From positions 9,359-73,358 of the IMG/VR virus record IMGVR_UViG_3300040801_001158: a stretch of 64,000 nucleotides of DNA. The stretch is one strand, 5' to 3'. How positions within the stretch are numbered: the stretch's first letter is position 1; each line of letters opens with the position of its first letter. Positions 29,113-38,330 of the stretch are shown one piece after another. This DNA is from a virus. Lineage: Duplodnaviria; Heunggongvirae; Uroviricota; Caudoviricetes. The notes below the pieces were generated by a model that did not search any database, was not told where the DNA came from, and worked only from the letters and a program-made list of their open reading frames with translations. Made by a program: the position numbers and the translations under genes.

Positions 29113-29115
29113 ATA
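29108..29115 (+). promoter_or_regulatory. T4-type late promoter
   Basis: TATAAATA. Confidence 0.7.
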
Positions 29116-29143
29116 ATCAATTAAAATTAATTAGGAGAACAAT

Positions 29144-29323
29144 ATGTCTTTAGAAAAAATAATACAATGCGCAATTAACAATGACGCCATTCAAATGCAA
29201 GAAGCATTCGAAGAAGAAATTACCGAAAGAGTAAGAGACGCTCTAGAAGAAAAATATAAGAAAATGATGAAGAAAGAAGATGAAGAAGAAGATGATGAAG
29301 AAGATGAAGATGAAGAATGCTAA
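29144..29323 (+). CDS. gp67: Prohead core protein gp67-like (59 aa; not in ORF track)
   Basis: IIQCAINNDA...AFEEEITERVRDALEEK plus poly-acidic tail; late promoter and AGGAG RBS. Confidence 0.6.
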   Translation: MSLEKIIQCAINNDAIQMQEAFEEEITERVRDALEEKYKKMMKKEDEEEDDEEDEDEEC

Positions 29324-29500
29324 TAAAGTATTAGTTTAAACTATGGATAAGCGAGATGGTCGTCTTATTCAGAAGCTACGGTAGATGATTACGAAATATG
29401 CATATTAGTTCTATATGAAGGAGACGATGAAGCCAGTGAGTCGAGCTGTAATAAAAGGAAAAGAGTAGTAACTATATAATAATAGTTTAAGGAAGTTAAA

Positions 29501-30154
29501 TTGTCGAATAATAACTTAGATCAAAATACAATGAAATTGGATTTTGTAACAATATTTACTATTATTATAACAAACATCGTAACGCTATCTGGATCTTTTT
29601 TGGCTTTTAAATCCAATAATGATCAAACACAGACGGCCTTTGTCCAAACAACACTAAACCAAGTTCAACAACAAAGTAAAGAAATTGTTGAACTTAGGGG
29701 TTTATTGTTGAGTGCACAAATAAAAATAATTGATCTTGAATCGCAATTAAGATCAAATGTTAATGCGAAAGAATTATTAGGAGAATTTTTAGACGTTTTA
29801 CCTTTCCCTGCGTGGGTTAAACGGTATGATGAAGAGAGTGGCCAGTTTATTATGATTTTATTAAATCAACAGTATACGGCAAGTTTTGGGTATACTGAAA
29901 ATCAATATATAGGTAAGAGTGATTTTGATATACATAACGCAGACCTTGCTGAAAGCTTCATGAAAGCTGATCTAAAAGTTTTGAGATCCGGTTTGCCTAA
30001 TATTTCTCACCAAAGTGTAGTAAATGCTTTTGGTATAAAAAAATATCTGTATGTGTATAAGTTTATAATTTATTTGCACGATGGTTCTATTGGTATAGCT
30101 GGTGTCGCAATTGATATTGAATCTGCCAGTAATTCATATAGTGAGGAAAAATAA
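29501..30154 (+). CDS. TM-coiled-coil-PAS domain protein
   Basis: N-terminal TM, heptad region, then LDVLPFPAWVK...N..Y...FG......IGKSDFD...D..VLRSG...GIAGVAIDI (PAS_4-like). Confidence 0.75.
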   Translation: MSNNNLDQNTMKLDFVTIFTIIITNIVTLSGSFLAFKSNNDQTQTAFVQTTLNQVQQQSKEIVELRGLLLSAQIKIIDLESQLRSNVNAKELLGEFLDVLPFPAWVKRYDEESGQFIMILLNQQYTASFGYTENQYIGKSDFDIHNADLAESFMKADLKVLRSGLPNISHQSVVNAFGIKKYLYVYKFIIYLHDGSIGIAGVAIDIESASNSYSEEK

Positions 30155-30157
30155 AAA

Positions 30158-30649
30158 ATGCAATGGTCTGATATTAAAGATGTAGTTGGTAAATTTGCGC
30201 CATTAGTAGGAACAGCCGTCGGTGGTCCTGCCGGTGCAGCAATAGGCGCAATGGTCTCAAATGCATTAGGTGTTGATAATACTCCTAGTGCAGTTGCGCA
30301 AGCATTAAAAACTGACCCGGAAGCTGCAATCAAATTGCGCAAATTTGAGCTCGATAATGAAGCTGATATTAGAGAGCATGCGTTTAAAGTTCTTGATGTT
30401 GAACTAAAAGATAAGCAGAGCGCTAGAATAGCACATAAACATAATCCTATGCCAATGATAATATGTTGTGCTTTAACACTCATGGTAGGAGCTGGCGCAT
30501 ATTTATTATTTACTCTTGAAATACCAGACACAAATAGACAAATATCATACCTGTTGTTTGGTACTTTACTAGCGAAATGGGGTGACTCTATTGCGTATTG
30601 GGTTGGAACTACTCGCTCAAGTAGTGAAAAAACAATGATGATGAAATAA
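30158..30649 (+). CDS. Holin-like membrane protein
   Basis: APLVGTAVGGPAGAAIG, AR.....C-terminal TMs, YWVGTTRSS..K. Confidence 0.6.
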   Translation: MQWSDIKDVVGKFAPLVGTAVGGPAGAAIGAMVSNALGVDNTPSAVAQALKTDPEAAIKLRKFELDNEADIREHAFKVLDVELKDKQSARIAHKHNPMPMIICCALTLMVGAGAYLLFTLEIPDTNRQISYLLFGTLLAKWGDSIAYWVGTTRSSSEKTMMMK

Positions 30650-30653
30650 TAAG

Positions 30654-30761
30654 TTGACATACTAGTCTAACTGTATTATAATAAGTACAACAAAAGAATC
30701 AAATATTATATAGAAAATAAGTTAATTAATTATTGACATGTACAGTTGTATTTGATATAAT
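30654..30761 (+). promoter_or_regulatory. Two tandem sigma70-type promoters
   Basis: TTGACA-17-TATAAT at 30654-30682 and 30733-30761. Confidence 0.8.
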
Positions 30762-30797
30762 AGTCTATTATAATATTAATTAATTGAGAAGTAATGC

Positions 30798-31820
30798 ATG
30801 ATTGACTTTGTAGAAGTAAAGTTCGCTCAGATGCTAGCAGGACGTTTAGATAATTTCAGAATTAAATCAACAAGCCCATACAGAATCAATTTTAGGTGTC
30901 CTTTATGCGGTGACTCTGACAAGAGCCGATCTAAGTCTCGTGGATGGCTCTTAGAAAGGAAAAATAAATTTCATTATTTTTGCCACAATTGTGGTGAAAG
31001 TCATTCTTTTTATGATTTTTTGAAAAGCCAAGATGTTATGTTACATAATGAATATATTGCCGAAAAGTTCCTTAGCAAAAATGAGATAGCGAATACAGAA
31101 ATAAAAAGAGAAATAACAAAGGACATGTTCACCTCACCTATATTTAATAAAAAAGATCATCCACTAAAAAAACTCAAAAAGGTAAGTCAGCTCGAATGGG
31201 ATCATCCCATTAAAAAATACGTAGAACGAAGAAAAATACCACCAAAACAACATTATAGAATGTATTTTGCAAACAAGTTTATGACTTGGATTAATACGAT
31301 TATACCAGACAAATTTCCTAATATTAAAAAAGATGAACCTAGATTAGTCATCCCTTTCTTTGACGAAAATGGAAAAATGTTTGGTGTATCTGCTCGTGGA
31401 TTTAATCCGAACGGATTAAGATATATAACTATAATGTTTGATGAAAGGCCGAAAGTATTTGGTATAGATACAGTTGACTTTAATAGAGAATATTTTATTC
31501 TTGAGGGCGCGTTGGATAGTATGTTTATAGAGAATTCAGTTGCAATGGCCGGAGCTGATGGTAATATCGGTGGATTTCAAAACATGGAAAATGCAGTGTA
31601 TGTATTTGATGCAGAACCACGTAATAAAGAAATACATAAAAGAATGGAAAGGATTATAAAGGCTGGATATAAAATATGCATATGGCCAAAAGATGTTCTT
31701 GCGAAAGATGTGAACGAAATGATTTTAGCAGGTGTGGAAAATCCACGAAAATTAATAAAAGAAAATACATTTAAAGGTTTAGAAGCACAATTAAAATTTA
31801 CAGAATGGAGAAAAACATGA
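30798..31820 (+). CDS. gp61: DNA primase
   Basis: CPLCGDS...CHNC zinc finger; EGALD TOPRIM; KDVNEM. Confidence 0.96.
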   Translation: MIDFVEVKFAQMLAGRLDNFRIKSTSPYRINFRCPLCGDSDKSRSKSRGWLLERKNKFHYFCHNCGESHSFYDFLKSQDVMLHNEYIAEKFLSKNEIANTEIKREITKDMFTSPIFNKKDHPLKKLKKVSQLEWDHPIKKYVERRKIPPKQHYRMYFANKFMTWINTIIPDKFPNIKKDEPRLVIPFFDENGKMFGVSARGFNPNGLRYITIMFDERPKVFGIDTVDFNREYFILEGALDSMFIENSVAMAGADGNIGGFQNMENAVYVFDAEPRNKEIHKRMERIIKAGYKICIWPKDVLAKDVNEMILAGVENPRKLIKENTFKGLEAQLKFTEWRKT

Positions 31821-32314
31821 TTAGTATGATATTAGCAATGGACCTTGAAGGTGGTATTGGTAAAGATGGTACATTACCTTGGCACTACTCAGAAGACTTA
31901 AAAAGATTTAAAACATTAACAAAAGATAGTGTTGTTGTAATGGGCAAGAAAACATGGAATGATCCAAAGTTTCCTAAACCATTAAAAGATAGACTCACTT
32001 TTGTTTTTGCAAGAGATCGTGATACCGTAATAGAACCACAGCATATCGACGGAATTTTAGAATGTGATCCTATTGAAATGCCGCGAATAATTGCATCTCT
32101 AAAAGACATTGGAAAACCAGTATGGGTTATTGGTGGTGCAACTCTATACAATGAAATGTTGCCGTACGTTGATAAAGTTCATTTGACTTTAATTAACAAT
32201 ACACATCAGTGTGATACATTTTTTGATACTGAAAAGTTATATGATAATTTTATGTTAGTCAGAGAGAATAACTTTGAAGATTATTCCTTCTTAACATATT
32301 CAAAGGTGAAATAG
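31817..32314 (+). CDS. frd: Dihydrofolate reductase
   Basis: GIGKDGTLPWH..EDLKRFK..T...VVMGKKTW; IGGA. Confidence 0.96.
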   Translation: MISMILAMDLEGGIGKDGTLPWHYSEDLKRFKTLTKDSVVVMGKKTWNDPKFPKPLKDRLTFVFARDRDTVIEPQHIDGILECDPIEMPRIIASLKDIGKPVWVIGGATLYNEMLPYVDKVHLTLINNTHQCDTFFDTEKLYDNFMLVRENNFEDYSFLTYSKVK

Positions 32315-33205
32315 ATGGATAGACAATATAAAGAAATGTTAGCATACGTGCTACACAATGGCGATTATAGAAAAGACCGAACTAGTGTTGGCACAATTAG
32401 TGTATTCGGATATGAAACAAGATTCGATTTAAGTAAAGGATTCCCTGCAGTTACAACTAAAAAATTAGCATGGAAATCTGTTGTAAGTGAATTACTTTGG
32501 ATGTTAGAAGGTTCACAAAACGAAAGAAGACTTGCTGAACTTTTATATGGTGAACCACGTTCATTATTATCAAATAAGAAAACAATATGGACAGAAAACG
32601 CCGATAAACAGGGTAAAGAGCTTGGTTACGCAAATAACGAACTTGAAAAAGGATTAGGCCCAGTTTACGGCTCACAATGGCGTAATTGGTATAATGGCGA
32701 AACAAACAATTATTATGACCAAATTAAAGACTTAATTTGGAATCTTAAAAATGATCCACGTTCTAGGAGACATATATTAACGAGCTGGAACGTTGGTGAA
32801 ATTGACCAAATGGCATTACCACCGTGTCACTTCGTGTGCCAATTTCATGTTATGAATAATAAACTAAGCTGTAAACTTAATATGAGATCTAACGATCTAT
32901 TTTTAGGAGCACCTTTTAATATAGCAGGATATGCATTATTGACTCATATCCTAGCAAGAGAATGTGGATTTGAAGTTGGTGAACTTGTCTATTCAATAGG
33001 TGATGCGCATATATATAGTAATCATGTTGAACAAGTACAAGAGCAATTAAAACGAGTACCTTACGACATACCAACATTACAAATTGACAAAAACTTCGAT
33101 TTGCAAACTGGATTAAGTAAAGGGTTTAGCAATAAAACAGTTGACATGTTTAAGTTAATAGATTATAATAGCCATCCAGCAATAAAAGCACCAATGGCGG
33201 TATAA
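32315..33205 (+). CDS. td: Thymidylate synthase
   Basis: DRTSVGT, LGPVYG.QWR, MALPPCH, RSNDLFLGAPFN; no intron. Confidence 0.97.
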   Translation: MDRQYKEMLAYVLHNGDYRKDRTSVGTISVFGYETRFDLSKGFPAVTTKKLAWKSVVSELLWMLEGSQNERRLAELLYGEPRSLLSNKKTIWTENADKQGKELGYANNELEKGLGPVYGSQWRNWYNGETNNYYDQIKDLIWNLKNDPRSRRHILTSWNVGEIDQMALPPCHFVCQFHVMNNKLSCKLNMRSNDLFLGAPFNIAGYALLTHILARECGFEVGELVYSIGDAHIYSNHVEQVQEQLKRVPYDIPTLQIDKNFDLQTGLSKGFSNKTVDMFKLIDYNSHPAIKAPMAV

Positions 33206-33221
33206 ACAAATTGGAGAATAA

Positions 33222-34853
33222 ATGAGTACAATAAAAGTAACGAAACGGGCAGGGCATCAAGAGCCTTTTGATATTGAAAAAGTGCATAAAGTACTTGAAT
33301 GGGCTGCCGAAGGTCTTACTGGTGTTTCTATATCAGAAGTAGAACTGAGAGCAAATCTACAATTATATGATGGGATACCAGCATACGATATCCATGAAGT
33401 ATTGATAAAAAGCGCAGCTGAATTAATATTAGAAAGTACTCCAAACTATCAATATCTTGCTGCAAGGTTAATTAATTATAAACTACGTAAAGAGGTATAC
33501 GGCCAGTATGAACCGTGGTCTTTATCACAGATTATAGATTTCAATGTTCAGATTGGGGTATATGATGACCAGATATTAGAAAAATATACTCAAGAAGAAA
33601 TAGAAAAGTTAGATTCTTATATTAAACATGATCGTGATGCAGAATTTACTTATGTTGCAATGGAGCAAATGCGTGGTAAATATTTAGTACAGAATCGCAA
33701 AACTGAAACTACATATGAGACACCACAGGTTCTTTATATGATGGTTGCGGCAACATTGTTTTCAGAATACCCGCGAGAAACAAGAATACGATATGTTAAA
33801 GATTTCTATGATGCAACATCGCAGTTTTTTATATCTTTACCTACACCTATCATGGCCGGCGTTCGTACATCTATTCGTCAGTTTAGTTCTTGTGTATTAA
33901 TTGAATCCGGTGATAGTCTTGATTCAATTAATGCAACTGCGTCAGCTATCGTTAAATATATTTCAAAGAAAGCAGGTATTGGCATAGGAGCAGGTCGCAT
34001 TCGCGCGATTGGTTCAAGTATTGGCGACGGTTCAACGATACATACTGGACAAATACCATTCTTAAAATATTTTCAATCGGCAGTTAAGAGTTGCAGTCAG
34101 GGTGGCGTTCGTGGTGGCGCAGCAACTACGTATTTCCCAATATGGCATAAAGAATTTGAAAACCTTGTCGTATTAAAGAATAACAAAGGTACTGATGAAA
34201 GTCGAGTTCGTCAAATGGATTATGGTTTTCAATTCAATAAACTAATGTATGAACGTTTATTATCAGGTGGTGATATTACATTATTCTGTCCTAATGATGT
34301 TCCTGACCTATATGACGCGTTTTATGCCGACCAAGAGTTATTTGCAAAGCTTTATGTTAAGTATGAAAAAGATAAATCAATTGATAAAAAGACAATGAAA
34401 GCAATGGATGTATTTGTTCAGTACATATCAGAACGTAAAGACACTGGCCGCATCTATTTGCAAAACGTTGACCATGCGAATGACCATGGTTCTTTTTTGC
34501 CTAACCTTGCACCAATTCGCATGAGTAACCTTTGTTTGACATCTGACACAAAGTGTGATATAATGGTAGATGATGTTCCGATGTGGGGAATTCCTATTAC
34601 AGAAGTTATTGAATATGTTAAAGGACTAAAATACGTTAAGATTAGTTCATACGATATTGACAGTGACACTTATGTTTATAAGTCAGTTACCGATGGTAAA
34701 ATGACTGGACAAAATCGTGAATTGCTTGAAATTGAAGATGAGGCGAGTGGTTATAAAATTACTTGTACACCTTGCCATTTAGTATACACAAAAAATCGTG
34801 GTTATGTTGAAGCAGGTAAATTAGTTGAGACTGATGAACTTTTGTTACAATAA
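33222..34853 (+). CDS. nrdA: RNR class Ia alpha fragment 1 plus IntN-1
   Basis: ATP cone, PTPIMAG, FSSCVL, GVRGG; after RMSNL the intein starts (CLTSDT, 34533; CTPCH block B). Confidence 0.95.
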   Translation: MSTIKVTKRAGHQEPFDIEKVHKVLEWAAEGLTGVSISEVELRANLQLYDGIPAYDIHEVLIKSAAELILESTPNYQYLAARLINYKLRKEVYGQYEPWSLSQIIDFNVQIGVYDDQILEKYTQEEIEKLDSYIKHDRDAEFTYVAMEQMRGKYLVQNRKTETTYETPQVLYMMVAATLFSEYPRETRIRYVKDFYDATSQFFISLPTPIMAGVRTSIRQFSSCVLIESGDSLDSINATASAIVKYISKKAGIGIGAGRIRAIGSSIGDGSTIHTGQIPFLKYFQSAVKSCSQGGVRGGAATTYFPIWHKEFENLVVLKNNKGTDESRVRQMDYGFQFNKLMYERLLSGGDITLFCPNDVPDLYDAFYADQELFAKLYVKYEKDKSIDKKTMKAMDVFVQYISERKDTGRIYLQNVDHANDHGSFLPNLAPIRMSNLCLTSDTKCDIMVDDVPMWGIPITEVIEYVKGLKYVKISSYDIDSDTYVYKSVTDGKMTGQNRELLEIEDEASGYKITCTPCHLVYTKNRGYVEAGKLVETDELLLQ

Positions 34854-34860
34854 TTAATTA

Positions 34861-34930
34861 TGTTTCGTAGGTAGAGAAATTTCATAAATTATAAATAAAA
34901 TTATAACGAAATAAATCTACTTACGAGGCA
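34861..34930 (+). promoter_or_regulatory. Late promoter in the loop of a 15-bp RBS-sequestering hairpin
   Basis: Stem 34861-34875/34916-34930 covers GAGG; TATAAATA 34890-34897. Confidence 0.75.
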
Positions 34931-34935
34931 ACTAA

Positions 34936-35655
34936 ATGTTTATTGTATACGAACATACTAATTCTATTAACGGTAAAAAATACGTGGGATATACGTCAAA
35001 AACTATTAGCGAAAGATTACACAAACATTATACAAATGCAATGGGCGGAATGGATAATCATTTTTATAAAGCAATACGCAAATATGGTTTGGGTGTTTTT
35101 GAATCTAAAATAATTGGTGAATATCTTACAAGGGAAGAAGCAAAGACTAACGAAATTCGCTATATCGAAGAATGTAATTCTTTTAAAGAAGGTTACAATA
35201 TGACAAAGGGTGGAGATGGTGGTTGGGTTGTTCCTGATGAAAAATACGATTCTTGGGTTCAGAAAATATCTGAAACGAGTACAATGGAAAATAATAGTAG
35301 GTGGTCTGGTATAAGCGATGATAAAATACTTGAACTTGCTAGAGAATATTATTTAGAATACGGTCATCAAATGGGTATTAAAAAGTTTATGGATTGGGGT
35401 AATGAAAATCATTCAATACCAAAGTCCTTTTCAAAAAATCGATTTGGTGGAAAAACTCTAAAAGAATCTTATTGTGAAAAATATAATATTGACCCTAAAG
35501 AAATAAGATATGTTAAAACAAAAGAACACAAGGAAAGTTTGTCTACTGCTGGTACTGGTAAACATTGGTACTATAATGATCAAACTAAAACTAATAAACA
35601 ATTTTTAACTCCACCAAACAATGAGTGGAAACTAGGACGAATTACATGGGAATAA
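34936..35655 (+). mobile_element. GIY-YIG homing endonuclease between IntN-1 and IntC-1
   Basis: IVYEHTNSINGKKYVGYT..R, FYKAIRKYG, E, GYNMTKGG. Confidence 0.9.
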
Positions 35656-36635
35656 AAATTACGAAATTAACACGCAGAGAAGATGTATTTGACATAACAG
35701 TTGAAGGTACACATAACTTCTTTGCAAATAATATATTAGTACACAACTGTGCTGAAGTTGACTTGCCAACTAAACCATTAAGCGATATTAATGATCCCGA
35801 CTCCGAAATCAGTTTATGTACGCTTTCAGCAATAAATTGGGGTTTAATAAATGATCCTTCCGAATTTGAAAAGTACTGTGACTTAGCTGTTCGCGCTTTA
35901 GACGAATTGCTGGATTATCAAAAGTATCCTGTTCTTGCTGCTGAAAATTCAACAATGAATAGACGTCCACTTGGGGTTGGTATAATCAACCTTGCTTATT
36001 TTCTTGCAAAGCGCGGGCTTAAATACGATTCTGAGGCATTAGCGACAATTGATGAATACGCGGAAGCATGGTCTTATTATCTGATTAAGACAAGTGCAAA
36101 CCTTGCAGCCGAAAAAGGTAAAATTCCTCTTAATCATGAAACGAAATACGGTCATGGTATTCTTCCAATTGATACATATAAGAAAGATGTTGACGATTTA
36201 ACTCAACGTATTGAAAGAATGGATTGGGAAGGGTTACGCAATCAATTAAAAGAAACTGGTATTCGTAACAGTACTTTGATGGCTCTTATGCCTGCTGAAT
36301 GCCAATCTTTATATAATAAAATTTTAACTGAAGATGGTGGTGTCATGCTAGGTGAATTTATTACATTAAATTCTAATATAGATATCAACAAAGTGCACGA
36401 AACTGGTATACCAGGACAAAGATTTGAATTTAGAAAACCTGTTAAACTTGGCGACGGGTCTACTGCGTATGAATGCTATTATAATGGTTACCAAGAATTA
36501 ACTGAGATTGAGTTTGAAGATGGTAATGTTTATAAATTCACAGGTAACCATCAATTGAAGGTTATAAGAGAAGGTAAAGAAATTTGGGTTACTGTAGACA
36601 ATTTACTTGAAACTGACGATGTGATTGTAATCTAA
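35646..36635 (+). CDS. nrdA: IntC-1 plus RNR alpha fragment 2 plus IntN-2
   Basis: VFDITVEGTHNFFANNILVHN (ends 35747)|CAEVDLP; RRPLGVG; STLMALMPAE|CQSLYN (36300) with FTGNH block B. Confidence 0.93.
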   Translation: MGIKITKLTRREDVFDITVEGTHNFFANNILVHNCAEVDLPTKPLSDINDPDSEISLCTLSAINWGLINDPSEFEKYCDLAVRALDELLDYQKYPVLAAENSTMNRRPLGVGIINLAYFLAKRGLKYDSEALATIDEYAEAWSYYLIKTSANLAAEKGKIPLNHETKYGHGILPIDTYKKDVDDLTQRIERMDWEGLRNQLKETGIRNSTLMALMPAECQSLYNKILTEDGGVMLGEFITLNSNIDINKVHETGIPGQRFEFRKPVKLGDGSTAYECYYNGYQELTEIEFEDGNVYKFTGNHQLKVIREGKEIWVTVDNLLETDDVIVI

Positions 36636-36644
36636 CTGTATTAT

Positions 36645-36688
36645 CTGTTATGCCAAATAACATATTTTTATAAATAATTGCATAACAG
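36645..36688 (+). promoter_or_regulatory. Late promoter within a hairpin upstream of the second nrdA nuclease
   Basis: CTGTTATGC 36645-36653 / GCATAACAG 36680-36688; TATAAATA 36669-36676. Confidence 0.65.
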
Positions 36689-36707
36689 CTATATAGGTTA
36701 AATTAAT

Positions 36708-37826
36708 ATGAACAAGATATCACTCGGTAAAAAAATATTCCAATATAAAAATGCGACTGATGAAGAAATAGAAATATATTGTGATCTAATTAAATTGGAT
36801 CCTAGTTATGTTAGAGAAATTTCTAAAAAGATAAAAAACTACAGAAAGTATTTTGAGCATTACACTCGCTTTGGTGATAAAGTAACGATAGAAAAATTTC
36901 TATCACGCCCAATTACATCAAATAGTAATAAAATTGCAGAACATTATGGTGTTAATGTAAAAAAGAAAATACGCAGGAATGTATATGATCCAGAATACAT
37001 TTCCAGACGTGAAGGAATTACTTTTAGCGAAGCGGAAATTTATATAGAAAAATACAAAAATAATAAGTCAACATCTTTAGCTAATTTTATCAAAAGATAC
37101 GGTGAAGAAGAAGGATTGAAAAAATACGACATGTGGTATAGTAAATCTTTAAAGAAAGGTCACGACCCTAGTCTAAATAAAATTAAATCCAAATTTTCAA
37201 AACATTATTATTTAAAACGCGGTTTTAGTGAGTGTGAATCAATAGAAATGGCCAATCAATATCAATACCAGAATAGCCCGCTTCACATTGAATATTACAC
37301 TCTCCGCGGTTTGGATATTGATTCAGCAAGAAAAAAGATCCGTAAAATACATGACAAAAAAATAGGAATCGATTCTTATAGACAAAAATTAGAAAAAGAC
37401 GGGTTGACATCTTTAGAAATTAATGATATAATAAAAGATTCTAAAGGTTACTTCACCAGAATAAAATTAGGCGATGACAAATTTGAGGAAATATTATCTA
37501 AAATTAGAAATACATTTGAATTGAATGGTAGATGGATACCTCTTGAAGATATGTCAGACTATGAATTATATCGTAAGAGTGTTTGGTTCTTTACAAATCA
37601 AAATGAATTATGCGAGCTCAAAAATTTTGAAAAAAGAGGTTTGGCTGGAGTTGAAGGTGCCTACCAATTAGACCACAAATATTCGATACTTACAGGATAT
37701 ATTAATAGTGTACCACCAGAAGTAATAGGTTCTTTACCAAATTTGGAATTTATACCGTGGTTGGAAAACGTAAAGAAACAATCAAAATGTTCTATAACAA
37801 TAGAGGAATTAAATGAAAATCAATAA
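36708..37826 (+). mobile_element. Putative HNH-type homing endonuclease between IntN-2 and IntC-2
   Basis: C-terminal YQLDHKYSI...NLEFIPWLENVKK; Lys/Tyr-rich N-terminus. Confidence 0.7.
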
Positions 37827-38316
37827 AATCAAAAGAAATATCACAAAGGAACATACCTGGGACATATCGACAGATACTGAACAGTATGCACTATCAAACG
37901 GGTGCATCAGTCATAACACGTCTGCTCAAATTTCCAATAGCACGAATGGAATTGAACCACCTAGGGGGTTTATAAGTTACAAACAAAGTAAAGATGGTGT
38001 CATGGCTCAAGTTGTCCCTGGCTATCATAAGTTAAAGAATAAATATGATTTACTATGGGACCAGGAAGATCCTACTGGTTATTTAGAGATTTGTGCAGTA
38101 TTGCAAAAATGGATTGACCAGGGTATTTCTGTAAATACGAGCTACAATCCTGCAAAATTTCCAGATGGTAAAGTTCCAATGTCACGTCTAATAAAGGACA
38201 TTGTTACATTTTATAAACATGGTGGGAAGCAACTATATTATAACAACACATTTGATGGTGCCGGTGAAATAGATACGGGCGACGATGATTGCCCAGACGG
38301 TGCTTGCAAAATTTAA
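37813..38316 (+). CDS. nrdA: IntC-2 plus RNR alpha fragment 3
   Basis: MKINKIK...TWDIS...NGCISHN (ends 37917)|TSAQISNSTNGIEPP; QKWIDQGISVN; KQLYY; C-terminal CPDGACKI. Confidence 0.95.
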   Translation: MKINKIKRNITKEHTWDISTDTEQYALSNGCISHNTSAQISNSTNGIEPPRGFISYKQSKDGVMAQVVPGYHKLKNKYDLLWDQEDPTGYLEICAVLQKWIDQGISVNTSYNPAKFPDGKVPMSRLIKDIVTFYKHGGKQLYYNNTFDGAGEIDTGDDDCPDGACKI

Positions 38317-38330
38317 CGTAAGGAACATAA

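Noticed and set aside
29275-29317. GAA/GAT microsatellite
   Set aside because: It encodes the poly-Asp/Glu tail of the gp67-like ORF.
29340-29480. Small ORF or pseudogene between gp67-like and PAS genes
   Set aside because: Only short open stretches without a convincing start, RBS or recognisable motif.
30650-30797. Replication origin in the AT-rich gap before primase
   Set aside because: Explained by two tandem promoters; no iterons or other origin features seen.
34854-37812. Group I introns in nrdA (and uvsX)
   Set aside because: The flanks carry complete intein blocks (N-terminal Cys, TxxH-like block B, terminal HN plus C/T) with stops and new starts; the spacers are too short and AT-rich for an intron core.
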